In this document: positions 9,433 through 18,421 of the stretch, one piece after another
Layout: each line of letters opens with the position of its first letter
Position numbering within the stretch: position 1 is the first letter of the stretch
IMG/VR virus record: IMGVR_UViG_3300031901_000001
Coordinates: 3,303 to 67,302 of that record
DNA length: 64,000 bases
Reading direction: 5' to 3' (one strand)
Source of the DNA: a virus
Taxonomy: Duplodnaviria > Caudoviricetes
Made by a program: the position numbers and the translations under genes
The notes under the pieces: model-generated
What the model was told of the DNA's origin: nothing
The model's database searches: none
The model's input: only the letters and a program-made list of their open reading frames with translations

Positions 9433-9467
9433 AAAAGAAAAGGGAGACCCGATTGCTCGAGCCTCCC
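9433..9467 (-). terminator. Rho-independent terminator
   Basis: Minus strand GGGAGGCTCGA-GCAA-TCGGGTCTCCC-TTTTCTTTT. Confidence 0.8.
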
Positions 9468-9582
9468 ACCTTCGGTATGCCACGATCACCCATCAGCCTG
9501 GGCTCTCCATAACATGATGTTAGGCAGCTATCCTGGGATATCCGGTCCCGTGACATGCGACCCGAAGGATTTACCAGGGCAA

Positions 9583-10326
9583 TCAGTCTTCGATCAGGTC
9601 CTTGTCCTCAAGGGCGCTGATCACAGCAGCAGCCTTCTTCTTGTCGGACTTGAAGTCGCTGAGGTCGACATCCAGGTCATGTTCCTTGATGAGCTTCTTC
9701 AAGCCCTTCTCGTCAAGTTCCTTGACCTCATCGGCGTCGAGTTTCTTCGCCTTCTTGGACTTCTTGCCGTCGTCCTTTTCCTTCTTGCCGCCCTTTTCGG
9801 ACTTGTCCTTCTTCGAGGATTTTTCCTCCTTGTCAGACTTCTTGTCCTTCTTGGACGACTTCTCCTCGTCGGCGCCCTTGTCCTTGGACTTCTTGTCCTT
9901 CTTCGACTTCTTGTCATCCTTATCGCCTTCATAGGCAGAGGCAACATCGAAGTCGACCAGGCGAGCGTTTTTCTTGCCCTGATAGGTCTCGTGACCGACG
10001 ACACCCATGAACTCCATGTCCACGTAGTCTTCGTATTCGAGCTCCATCTCGTCGTCGGGAACATCGACGCCCAGTGCCGTCAGGAAGGCATGCAGCTTCC
10101 ACAGGCTGGTTTCGGTGTGCGGGCAATAGAGATACAGCTTGGCGCCTTTGTATTCGCCGGCTGCAATCTCGCAGATGAACACTGATTGGTCATTGCCCTT
10201 CGAGGACTCTTCCTGCTTCGCTTCGAGGACCTTGCAGAGGTAGTCACCCTCGGCCGGTGTCCGACGCGACTCGACGCCCTTGAAATTGACCTTCACGGTG
10301 CTCTTCTTGGTGGAACGACGTGCCAT
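9583..10326 (-). CDS. DUF669-like single-stranded DNA-binding protein with K/D low-complexity tail
   Basis: PAEGDY.CKV..EI..GEYKG.KL..WKLHAFL.ALG pattern; located next to the AAA_24 gene. Confidence 0.75.
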   Translation of the reverse strand: MARRSTKKSTVKVNFKGVESRRTPAEGDYLCKVLEAKQEESSKGNDQSVFICEIAAGEYKGAKLYLYCPHTETSLWKLHAFLTALGVDVPDDEMELEYEDYVDMEFMGVVGHETYQGKKNARLVDFDVASAYEGDKDDKKSKKDKKSKDKGADEEKSSKKDKKSDKEEKSSKKDKSEKGGKKEKDDGKKSKKAKKLDADEVKELDEKGLKKLIKEHDLDVDLSDFKSDKKKAAAVISALEDKDLIED

Positions 10327-11189
10327 TAATTATTTCCTTCCTTCACTATGGCCATAATATCTTCGTAGGTTGGGTCGACGATAAAATCGGGAGCCTTGAT
10401 CTTCTTCGGCTTCCGCACCTTGGTGGTGTAGATTTCGTGGGGCCCAAGATGCAGCGAAAACTGCTTCTTGATATCCCAGTAAGTCTTATTCTTCTCGTCC
10501 TTCTTCTTCGTCCTTTTGACTCGGATGAAGGTGTGACCGATGATGCTGACCGAAGCATTCAGATCATCTTTAACTGACGGTGACAGGCGGGCACCAACCT
10601 CCGGTGCAAGCGCCTCATCCTCGTCTTCCTCATCCCCCAGGTTGAAGATCCTCTCCTGGCAGATGAAAGCTTGTTCAAGCGGCAGGTTGCGAACATCCTG
10701 GATTGCCGCCTTCATGTCGCCTGCGATAGCACCCCAGTCCTGTTTGGTCATGGTGCCCCAATCGCCGGCTTGTTTGTCTTTAAGTCTGCTGTCCTTCTTT
10801 TTCTTTTCCTCGAACATCTCACGGACAAGCATACCCTGAAGCTGTGTCAGGGTATCAACCACAATGGACTTGTATTTGAGCTTGCCTTTGTTGGCCTTCT
10901 CCAACGCCCATTGAATGATCTTGTGGAAATCATCACTGGACTTGATGTCTACGACAGTGATGTCTTTCTCATCATTGATGGAGTCAGTTCCATCATCGAG
11001 AATGTTCAGATAAAGGATCGGCTTGGGGAAAGTCGCGGAGAGCGTTGTTTTCCCAGTACCGCTGCGACCGTAAATAGCAAACCCATTATGGTATTCCTTT
11101 TCGGCTACCGGACGACCACCGGGCGGCATGTCCTCCTTACGCAACACGGACACTTCTTTGTCCTTGCGTTTTGATTTGTCTTTGGGCAT
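10326..11189 (-). CDS. AAA_24 (Sak4-like) P-loop ATPase/annealase
   Basis: IYGRSGTGKTT, IVVDTLT, QDWG, FICQE motifs. Confidence 0.85.
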   Translation of the reverse strand: MPKDKSKRKDKEVSVLRKEDMPPGGRPVAEKEYHNGFAIYGRSGTGKTTLSATFPKPILYLNILDDGTDSINDEKDITVVDIKSSDDFHKIIQWALEKANKGKLKYKSIVVDTLTQLQGMLVREMFEEKKKKDSRLKDKQAGDWGTMTKQDWGAIAGDMKAAIQDVRNLPLEQAFICQERIFNLGDEEDEDEALAPEVGARLSPSVKDDLNASVSIIGHTFIRVKRTKKKDEKNKTYWDIKKQFSLHLGPHEIYTTKVRKPKKIKAPDFIVDPTYEDIMAIVKEGNN

Positions 11190-11251
11190 AAGTGGTTCCT
11201 TCGGCTCAGGCTGTCGTTATATCACCGCGAAAAACTACAAGCAACCGCTTT

Positions 11252-12325
11252 TTAGTCATCGCTGACGCGGTCCGAGGCATCCCGTTTGTGACTTTGGTCC
11301 TCAGCGGTATAGTGAGCCTTGATAACGAAGTCTACATCGTTCCCATGGACTTCCGCTTTGCAGATAGCCTGATAGTCACACATGCGGCAACCCCAACCGA
11401 TAGTCCTTGGTTGATCGCCTCTGTGGAGGTCGTGTATCTCCTTGGCGGTCTGAACAAAGTCATTCCATATGCTATCAACTACTCGAGGACGAACGGGCGC
11501 GAATACGCGGACAAAGCGTGTCGACCGATTTTCTTTTGCGTCAGTCAGCAGCTTTGTATACTGCTTCTTATCATGGCCTTCCTTTTTGATCCAGGCCTTG
11601 ATTGCTGAAGGCAGGGAGTCAATCCTAGCCTGAGATACCTTGCCTGTTTTTGTCAGCATCCCGGGAACCATTAACGGTTTACTGCTGATATAATCCCACA
11701 GGACGCCGTCCAATGAAGGACCCCCAACCATCTCCATTGCACGGATATAGGTAGCGCCTTGGACTGAACGCCAACGGTCTTCTTCGCTCGGTTGACGCTT
11801 AAATGTCTTATGCTCCTCAAGCCACTTGAGTTTATTCGCTTTGACCATCGAGTCTATTCGACCCGTAAACCAAAGCCCGTCCTCGAGCTCTATCCGGAAT
11901 TCATGCTCAGACTTACGACCCTTGAACTCGATAGGCTTGAGGCTTCCCTCGTAGTGATCGAAGTAGTCCTTCATGATAAGGCGGATGTCCTCGATGATGT
12001 CGCCATACATCTCTCGTTCCTTTCGGAACATCTTGCCTTCTTCAAGATCGATTTTCTTCAAGACCTTGAAGGCATCCTGACCCTCGAAATCTGCCTCGAG
12101 CATTTCATGAACAATGCCGCCGAAGGCAAAAGGCCTCCGACGACGCTTGGGAACAATCTGCAAGATATACTTATAGTAGAACATCTTGCGGCACTTACGC
12201 CAGGCGTTTACCTTAGATTGGCTGACATTGATATAGCCTTCGGGGCTGACTATGCTGCCATGGTCGTGACCCGGTGATGCCTTAGGCGTACTCGATTTCG
12301 ATGTCTTTTTGCTTGACTTCGCCAT
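11252..12325 (-). CDS. PD-(D/E)xK exonuclease, Cas4/AddB-like
   Basis: S.SK..AW..C, FG..VHEMLE, GRID..EHKT, C..C.Y..IC Fe-S staple. Confidence 0.85.
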   Translation of the reverse strand: MAKSSKKTSKSSTPKASPGHDHGSIVSPEGYINVSQSKVNAWRKCRKMFYYKYILQIVPKRRRRPFAFGGIVHEMLEADFEGQDAFKVLKKIDLEEGKMFRKEREMYGDIIEDIRLIMKDYFDHYEGSLKPIEFKGRKSEHEFRIELEDGLWFTGRIDSMVKANKLKWLEEHKTFKRQPSEEDRWRSVQGATYIRAMEMVGGPSLDGVLWDYISSKPLMVPGMLTKTGKVSQARIDSLPSAIKAWIKKEGHDKKQYTKLLTDAKENRSTRFVRVFAPVRPRVVDSIWNDFVQTAKEIHDLHRGDQPRTIGWGCRMCDYQAICKAEVHGNDVDFVIKAHYTAEDQSHKRDASDRVSDD

Positions 12326-14852
12326 ATTTCTCAATCCACTTCTCGTAACTGATCCCAGCACCCCAAGGACCTATCGTTCCATCAGCACAGATAGGCACCT
12401 TAAGATCGATTTCAAACTTCTGCAACAGCTCGGGTCCTGACATAATTCTCAGTCCGTGATCCCAAACAGCCTTGACATGATCGTTCCGGACCATCATCAA
12501 GATAGCGTCATGCACAGTCCCGACAATGCGGAATGCTTTCTTCGGGAAGTACTTAGCCATTTCAAGTGCCGCCATGAGGTTGAGCTCATTGGCGAACGAT
12601 TGGACCGGGCTGTTGATCGCCTGACGTTCAGCCTCTCTCCTCTGCGGAGTATCCCTGTGGGACATAGCATGAGGCAGTCGACGTTTACGACCGCTGAGTG
12701 AACGGACATAACCATTGGCGTTTGCGAACCGACGTTGGCGTTTATGCCACTTGGGGAATGCGGGGTAAAGGTCGAAGAATGCGACACGCGATGCTTCGGC
12801 TTCCTTGTCCGTAACTTCAACGCCGTAGTTATCACGTGCATATAGTTTGAACTTCTTCCACCACATGCCGTATAGATAACCGAAGTTGATAGCCTTTGCT
12901 TTCTTGCGATCCTCCTTCCAGTTAACGAAGGCTTCCTTGAGCTGCTTTGTTTCAGTCCAGTGCTTGACAGCATTGACTGCCTCATCGCCACCAATCGACA
13001 GCACATATTCTACTGCCTCATGATACTTCATCTTCTTGTACTTCTTGCCCTCCATTTTGTGGTGGGCTTTGGCAGTCTTTATCATTTCCTTTTTACGACC
13101 ACCACCGCGTTCAATCTCACGGATCGCCGTTTGCCAGTGTGGATCGCCGTCTTCAAAGAAGATCTGTAATAGGTTTTCTTCATTAGCCAACTCAGCTGCA
13201 ATACGCAACTCAATCTGACTAAGATCCATTTCCATTAGTGTCCATCCTTCCGGCGCTGTAATCAGCGTTCGGATGCGTGGGTCACGGGGGACTTGCTGGA
13301 GGTTGGGGTGCTCACAAGATAGCCGCCCAGTAACAGTCCCGTGAAGCTTGAAAACAGGATGAAGATAACCCTCAGTGTCGAGGAAAGGCTTCCACCCTTC
13401 AATGAACCCGGACAGTTGCTTAGTAGCAGCCCTAAACTTAAGAAGGTCGTTGACCATAGGATGATCGATACGAAGCAGTACAGACTCACTGGTCGACTCC
13501 TTTCCACCCTTGGTTTTTTCAACACTCTTTATCTTCAGGACATTGAAAAGAAGGTCAGCGAGTTGATCGCTTGACCCCCAGTTTATTTTCCCAGTCTTTG
13601 CATCGACCTTCTTAGCTTTTGCTGCCCATGGCTCGAGGTTTGTTTGAGCCTTTGACAATTCCTCACGCAGATAGGCTTCAGCATCGTCCATTTGCTTAAG
13701 GTTGATGTAAACGCCTTGGTACTCAGCATTCACGAAGAGTCCCACACAGGGCATCATAATATGCTTGAAGACTCGATTAACTTCGTAATCTTCACTTAGA
13801 CGCTTTGCAAAGATCGGCTTGAGCAACCGGGTGTAGTAAACGTCATGAGCCGCATACTTCGCGTTATCCGGAGACCACTCAGTCTTTTCTTTACCGTCAA
13901 TATCCCAGTCAGGAACACCGAGCTCTTTCTGTGCGAGATATTTCAGACCATGCTGGTCATTCTCATCCAATAGGTAGTGAGCAAGCATGGTGTCGAAATC
14001 GACTTTCCACTTTGCCCCGAACCTCACCTTCATCCACAGGCAGTCGAACTTGCCGTTATGGAAAACAGTGATGCACTTCTTCAGTGCCTTGCTAACTTTT
14101 TTGACTATCCAGCGTAGTCGTTGTTTCGACCATACACCGGCAGTCTCCATGGGCACGACCCATTGACGTTTCCTGCACCCGAACTGCATAGCTACCACTG
14201 CGGGAAGGTTCCCGTTGTGGGTAGCCTTGTGATCCTTGATGTCGTTGGGGGAAGCTTTCTTCGATGCGATTAACTCATCGAGCATCGTCATGAAGGGGTA
14301 GAGTCTCGAGGTTTCAAGGTCAACGGCAACAGTGCCGGTAAGGTCCTTGAGCATTTGTTGCACCTTTTTCTCGGTGTCAACAATAGTGTAGTCTAGTCCC
14401 TTTTCTTCAGGAATACCCCCAAAATCAAGGCACTCTTTCAATCTCCTAACATCACCTTCAATAACGCTTACCCACTTTTCATCGTGGAGTGCATAGTTGG
14501 GATGGTAGATAGGCAGGACAACCCGGCCTTCATGATCGATGGGCTTCCCCCGGAGGTTCCTAATACCACTACGCCCGAGCAACGCCTCACAAGGAGTGTT
14601 GCCCAGGAGTAGCATAAGTTTAGGATCAACTTTCTTGACACGCTTCTGGACCTGTGGGATACGATCCCGAAGCATTGTCTTCGTTACCCGTTTGCCGTCG
14701 GGCAATCCCTCCTCAAGAACATCGGTATATGATAGCTTCTTGGGGTTGAAGCCCGCCTTCACCAAGGCCTCGTTGAGGATCTTCTTGGCCCGGCCGTTCA
14801 TGTCGGGGTCTTGCCCGACAATCATGATGTCTTTTTGTTTTAGTTTCTTCAC
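12282..14852 (-). CDS. polA: Family A DNA polymerase with N-terminal uracil-DNA-glycosylase-like domain and 3'-5' exonuclease
   Basis: GQDP..LLLGN..PIYHPNY (UDG4-like); DLET, HNGKFD, YAAHD (exonuclease); DLSQIELR, KAINFGYLYG, VHD (polymerase motifs A/B/C). Confidence 0.95.
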   Translation of the reverse strand: MKKLKQKDIMIVGQDPDMNGRAKKILNEALVKAGFNPKKLSYTDVLEEGLPDGKRVTKTMLRDRIPQVQKRVKKVDPKLMLLLGNTPCEALLGRSGIRNLRGKPIDHEGRVVLPIYHPNYALHDEKWVSVIEGDVRRLKECLDFGGIPEEKGLDYTIVDTEKKVQQMLKDLTGTVAVDLETSRLYPFMTMLDELIASKKASPNDIKDHKATHNGNLPAVVAMQFGCRKRQWVVPMETAGVWSKQRLRWIVKKVSKALKKCITVFHNGKFDCLWMKVRFGAKWKVDFDTMLAHYLLDENDQHGLKYLAQKELGVPDWDIDGKEKTEWSPDNAKYAAHDVYYTRLLKPIFAKRLSEDYEVNRVFKHIMMPCVGLFVNAEYQGVYINLKQMDDAEAYLREELSKAQTNLEPWAAKAKKVDAKTGKINWGSSDQLADLLFNVLKIKSVEKTKGGKESTSESVLLRIDHPMVNDLLKFRAATKQLSGFIEGWKPFLDTEGYLHPVFKLHGTVTGRLSCEHPNLQQVPRDPRIRTLITAPEGWTLMEMDLSQIELRIAAELANEENLLQIFFEDGDPHWQTAIREIERGGGRKKEMIKTAKAHHKMEGKKYKKMKYHEAVEYVLSIGGDEAVNAVKHWTETKQLKEAFVNWKEDRKKAKAINFGYLYGMWWKKFKLYARDNYGVEVTDKEAEASRVAFFDLYPAFPKWHKRQRRFANANGYVRSLSGRKRRLPHAMSHRDTPQRREAERQAINSPVQSFANELNLMAALEMAKYFPKKAFRIVGTVHDAILMMVRNDHVKAVWDHGLRIMSGPELLQKFEIDLKVPICADGTIGPWGAGISYEKWIEKYGEVKQKDIEIEYA

Positions 14853-15331
14853 GGGTGCTCAACCACCTGTCGAGAAAAGTAATCCACGATGTAACCCGCC
14901 GGTGTCACCTCGAACACAGGGACTTTCTTTTCCCATAACAACTTCAAGGGTGAAGGGTCTCGATAGGCTCGTTCAAAGAATACCCTGCCGATAACCTGGC
15001 TATCGATGATAAGCCTGGCACAATCCTCACAAGGACTATCAGTGCAGTAAAGGTCAAGTCCGCCATTGGGGCAATACCCTACCAGCGACATCGGCAAATG
15101 ACTGATGGCATTACGCTCAGCGTGGGTTGTGCCGCAGCGACCCGGTACTACGCCCGGGCATTCGTTGCCGGCGCAATGCGCTGCTCCAGGTGCTGCACCG
15201 TTCCAGCCGATTGAGACCGGTCGATTGTCATGCGTAATGACGGCGCCAACATTCAACCTCATGCACGTTGATCGCTGGGATGCCAGTCTTGCGATCCCCA
15301 TAAACATCACGGCCCTCGAAATACGTCCCAT
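14849..15331 (-). CDS. dCMP deaminase
   Basis: STC.RL.VGAVI, GWNG, HAE.NA, SPCEDC zinc motifs. Confidence 0.9.
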   Translation of the reverse strand: MGRISRAVMFMGIARLASQRSTCMRLNVGAVITHDNRPVSIGWNGAAPGAAHCAGNECPGVVPGRCGTTHAERNAISHLPMSLVGYCPNGGLDLYCTDSPCEDCARLIIDSQVIGRVFFERAYRDPSPLKLLWEKKVPVFEVTPAGYIVDYFSRQVVEHP

Positions 15332-15380
15332 CTAACCGATCCTTTTCAAGATGTATGCCGCGGCTTTCTTGGAACCTGGC

Positions 15381-15419
15381 AGAGAGAAACCCCAGCGAGC
15401 CTTGAATAGCTCGCTGAGG
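15381..15419 (-). terminator. Probable terminator
   Basis: Minus strand CTCAGCGAGC-TATTCAAG-GCTCGCTGGG followed by TTTCTCTCT. Confidence 0.55.
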
Positions 15420-15441
15420 CAAACCCAACGGATCAGGAGTC

Positions 15442-16329
15442 TCACCGGCTGAGCCCCCAAAGTTGAAGGTAGTCATTCTTGAACATATGCAGGGAACCGA
15501 TCTGCATGTAGAAGTTCCCCAGCTTGAGGGGCTCATCTCGTCCCAGACTATGTAGTCTATCTGCCACCCATTGAACGAGACGGAGGGTGAGGAACAGGTC
15601 GTCACGGAAGTGTCGGACGAAGTCACAGGACCGGATATGATAATTAATGTGCATACGGCCATCGCGGACAAGGAAATGGTACCCAATAGTGCAAGGCGCG
15701 CGCTTGCTACCACCGCCCGTGTCTTCAGGGAACCATATGGGCAAATAGGCCTGTCGAGTGAGTTCATCACCTGCAAGAAGTTCGACCACGTCATTGAGGT
15801 CTCCATACTCGTACTTGATACCATGATGAGGACGAGGCATCACACCGCCGTTACTGTCACGATATTCATGGAGAGGGCCCATGATCTGCTCAGGCTCTCG
15901 GGTAGCATTGGCTATGAAGCCTGCGTATTTCGGCCAGTACCGCTCCATGTAGTTATGATTGAACTTGCCATTATCATCAAGGAAGGTTGAGGCCTTGTTA
16001 CCGTAGGGCCACTTGGACCATTGAACACCAGGATTGACGGGATACCCACAGACTCGTTCCCAAAAATGCTCCTCAGCCCAAGGCATATTAGGTTCAATAT
16101 CGCTGACTGCATTGTTCATCGCATCAGCAAGACCATGAACTCCTCGGTCATACTTCGACATCTCAACCCCAAAGGAACAGTTCGCTACTTCGAAGGTAGC
16201 CATCTCCGGCATTTTGGAGATGTCGGTCCCCTGCCATCGAGAGGTATGAACAACACTGCTGCGATACCTCAACCAGTGCGCTGCCTGGTCGATGCACTGC
16301 TTGAAATCAATATATAGCTGAGGCTTCAC
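15442..16329 (-). CDS. Thymidylate-synthase-fold enzyme 1, cytosine-type (putative dCMP C5-modifying enzyme)
   Basis: TRQA, APC, RSCDFVRHFRDD, GSLHMF; Asp at the ThyA N177 / T4 gp42 D179 position. Confidence 0.85.
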   Translation of the reverse strand: MKPQLYIDFKQCIDQAAHWLRYRSSVVHTSRWQGTDISKMPEMATFEVANCSFGVEMSKYDRGVHGLADAMNNAVSDIEPNMPWAEEHFWERVCGYPVNPGVQWSKWPYGNKASTFLDDNGKFNHNYMERYWPKYAGFIANATREPEQIMGPLHEYRDSNGGVMPRPHHGIKYEYGDLNDVVELLAGDELTRQAYLPIWFPEDTGGGSKRAPCTIGYHFLVRDGRMHINYHIRSCDFVRHFRDDLFLTLRLVQWVADRLHSLGRDEPLKLGNFYMQIGSLHMFKNDYLQLWGLSR

Positions 16330-17150
16330 TTGCTGTCCCCCTTCTTCTCAACATAGGCGTTCCGATGGCCAGGATGATTGTCCCGAAGATATTTCGTAAG
16401 CTTCTTTCGCTTCTTCCCCGTAATCATTTTGTCTGCTGTTTCCTTGACCTTCATAGCTTGAGCGAACTTCTCGATCCCGCGAAAATGCTCATCGCATAAG
16501 TATCGAGCTGTCCATTTTATCCACCAGTCAAAGAAGTGCCGGTCTTTTTCCCTGAGTTTATTTAATTTATCCTCCCACCCTTTCCAGTGAGCTATTGCGG
16601 TTGCGGCATATTGAGGATGAATAGTAACATTTGCAAAGTGACAAGTCATCCCCATAAATTCCATGCCCGAGAAGTCAAATCCGTCTAGCAGGATGTCTCG
16701 AATAAACACGAGGTCGGCGGGGAATTTCTTGAACAGCTCTGTGGTCCTATAGAATACATCGATCTTATACGCTTTCTTGCTCAGCTGAGTGATAACGACC
16801 GACTGAATGCAAGGCCCCATGACTGAGGCCCGCTTCGACTTCTTCACGATGTCATTCTTGAGGAAGTGATTGTAGGTGGTAAATCCCACAGAGCCGTAGG
16901 AGGGTTTCTTGCGACGTTCTTCCCAGAGCTTAAGAGCTGCGGCCTTCGACTCGGGATGAAGGTATCCCTTGATCAATAGGCCGAGCTTGTTGCGGGTATA
17001 TCCGCAGTCAGCTAGCGTGAGAGGGTCGTCCTCGTCCCATAAGTCGTAGAATACAAGCTTTCGGGTTTCTAGGATTTTCCTAGCCCCCGAGAATAAGTCA
17101 GCCTTCATCAAAGAAAGCCTAAAACAATGATCAAGCCATTCTTTTTTCAA
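16326..17150 (-). CDS. Highly divergent thymidylate-synthase-fold protein 2
   Basis: GPCIQSVVI..FYRTTELFKKFPAD: Cys-to-Arg spacing 21 and Asp at Arg+11, as in the TS fold. Confidence 0.65.
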   Translation of the reverse strand: MKKEWLDHCFRLSLMKADLFSGARKILETRKLVFYDLWDEDDPLTLADCGYTRNKLGLLIKGYLHPESKAAALKLWEERRKKPSYGSVGFTTYNHFLKNDIVKKSKRASVMGPCIQSVVITQLSKKAYKIDVFYRTTELFKKFPADLVFIRDILLDGFDFSGMEFMGMTCHFANVTIHPQYAATAIAHWKGWEDKLNKLREKDRHFFDWWIKWTARYLCDEHFRGIEKFAQAMKVKETADKMITGKKRKKLTKYLRDNHPGHRNAYVEKKGDSK

Positions 17151-17632
17151 GTGAGCCTCCGCTTCATGTATTTATAAATAGCCTTTATTTCTTCAAGGGA
17201 GGCGTCCGACTTAAGGCGATTAGCCCGCCAGCTTATTACTTCGACATTGCCCTTGATGTATCCTTTTGAGGTATCCACCCTGTCAAGAGTGGGTGAACCG
17301 TCTTTAACTGTTCTTGATCCCATCACTATAGGAATACCCAAAACGGGGCATACTTTCGGTATTTGAATGTCTTTCTCAGTGATGGTTACAGGCCAACCCC
17401 TTTTGTTGGCTAATCGAATTAAAGACTTTTCGGGGTTTTTTCTCCTCCAGGATTTGGCTTTCTTTTGGATTGTTATCTTATCCTTAGGTTGGCTATCCCT
17501 GTCCTTAATACATAATACACATCCGCCTTTAACTTTTCTTTTAGCGATGTGCCCCCGTTTACAGGGCTTACCGGTGAAGTAATAGTCTTCACCGTTATTG
17601 ATAGCCTTTCGTCTTAATCCCGGAGGAGGCAT
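17147..17632 (-). CDS. HNH-type homing endonuclease
   Basis: FTGKPCKRGH N-terminus; CPVLGIPI..PTLDRVD..GYIKGNVEVISWRAN. Confidence 0.8.
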   Translation of the reverse strand: MPPPGLRRKAINNGEDYYFTGKPCKRGHIAKRKVKGGCVLCIKDRDSQPKDKITIQKKAKSWRRKNPEKSLIRLANKRGWPVTITEKDIQIPKVCPVLGIPIVMGSRTVKDGSPTLDRVDTSKGYIKGNVEVISWRANRLKSDASLEEIKAIYKYMKRRLT

Positions 17633-17647
17633 TAGTATTCCCCGCTG

Positions 17648-18421
17648 TTACTGAGCTGTGTTTATATCAGTAATGTCACCCAAGTTCAACGCCGGTTTAT
17701 GAGCATGATCTCGTACCAGGTCCCGGTGATCCGGCTCAATCCAGCCTTCCGGTTTAACTACATCAAAGGTCGATCCCCGCTTTGACTCCTCGGGCTTCTC
17801 AGCACGCTTCTTTAGCATATTCGCCCTGTGGACTCGGCGCCATGCTTCTTTGAAAATACGAGGACCGAATTGAAGGTAGGCCGTACCGAGTTTGACATAA
17901 ACGCCGTCGACCAGTGCGTCGAGCTGTTTATGTAGTCCCTCGACAATGCCCTCGTCATCCTCTGTCTCGGCAGCGATGACAAGGGCCTCTCCCTCTTCTT
18001 GATATTCGTCGGTCTCCTCCCGGTCAAACAGGATGCGGAAATCCGCTAAGTCCTGACCGACATCATCAAGAACTCCGTTCAACAATCGGGGTTTGCCGTG
18101 ATAGCCCAAGTCGAATTTCTCATGGAAACCAACGATGTCGCCCATCATGTCGACCGGTAAGTCTTGGGGGTCGATGCCGAGCGCAAGTTCAACGGTGGTC
18201 GACAACGCCTCAAGGGCAATGATGGTGTTCTTGTCAACACCGACACGATAGTTGTCCCCGTGCGCGTGAGCAGCCTTACGCATGGAGACAAGCAAGGTGA
18301 TGAATTCTGTTGCTTCATCCTTATGGAACTTAATATGAAGGAACTCTGCGGGGTTTCCTTCCCGGTCAGTGAAGGCGACCAGGCGATCCCCGACTTCAAT
18401 GGTTTCAATATCCAAAATCAT
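17648..18421 (-). CDS. All-alpha NTP pyrophosphatase (MazG/DR2231-like) with extra N-terminal domain; possible dCTPase/dUTPase
   Basis: EETDEY..QLDALVDGVYV..G..W..VH.ANM.K. Confidence 0.8.
   Translation of the reverse strand: MILDIETIEVGDRLVAFTDREGNPAEFLHIKFHKDEATEFITLLVSMRKAAHAHGDNYRVGVDKNTIIALEALSTTVELALGIDPQDLPVDMMGDIVGFHEKFDLGYHGKPRLLNGVLDDVGQDLADFRILFDREETDEYQEEGEALVIAAETEDDEGIVEGLHKQLDALVDGVYVKLGTAYLQFGPRIFKEAWRRVHRANMLKKRAEKPEESKRGSTFDVVKPEGWIEPDHRDLVRDHAHKPALNLGDITDINTAQ

Noticed and set aside
9514-10185. 223-aa Leu-rich plus-strand ORF that looks membrane-like
   Set aside because: Antisense shadow of the K/D-rich SSB tail.
11252-12325. Cas4-like gene as a CRISPR system
   Set aside because: No repeats/spacers or other cas genes; it sits in the SSB-AAA_24 recombination module.
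15442-16329. Ordinary thyA or dUMP hydroxymethylase (hmU) call
   Set aside because: Asp rather than Asn at the specificity position, and a separate ThyX is present.
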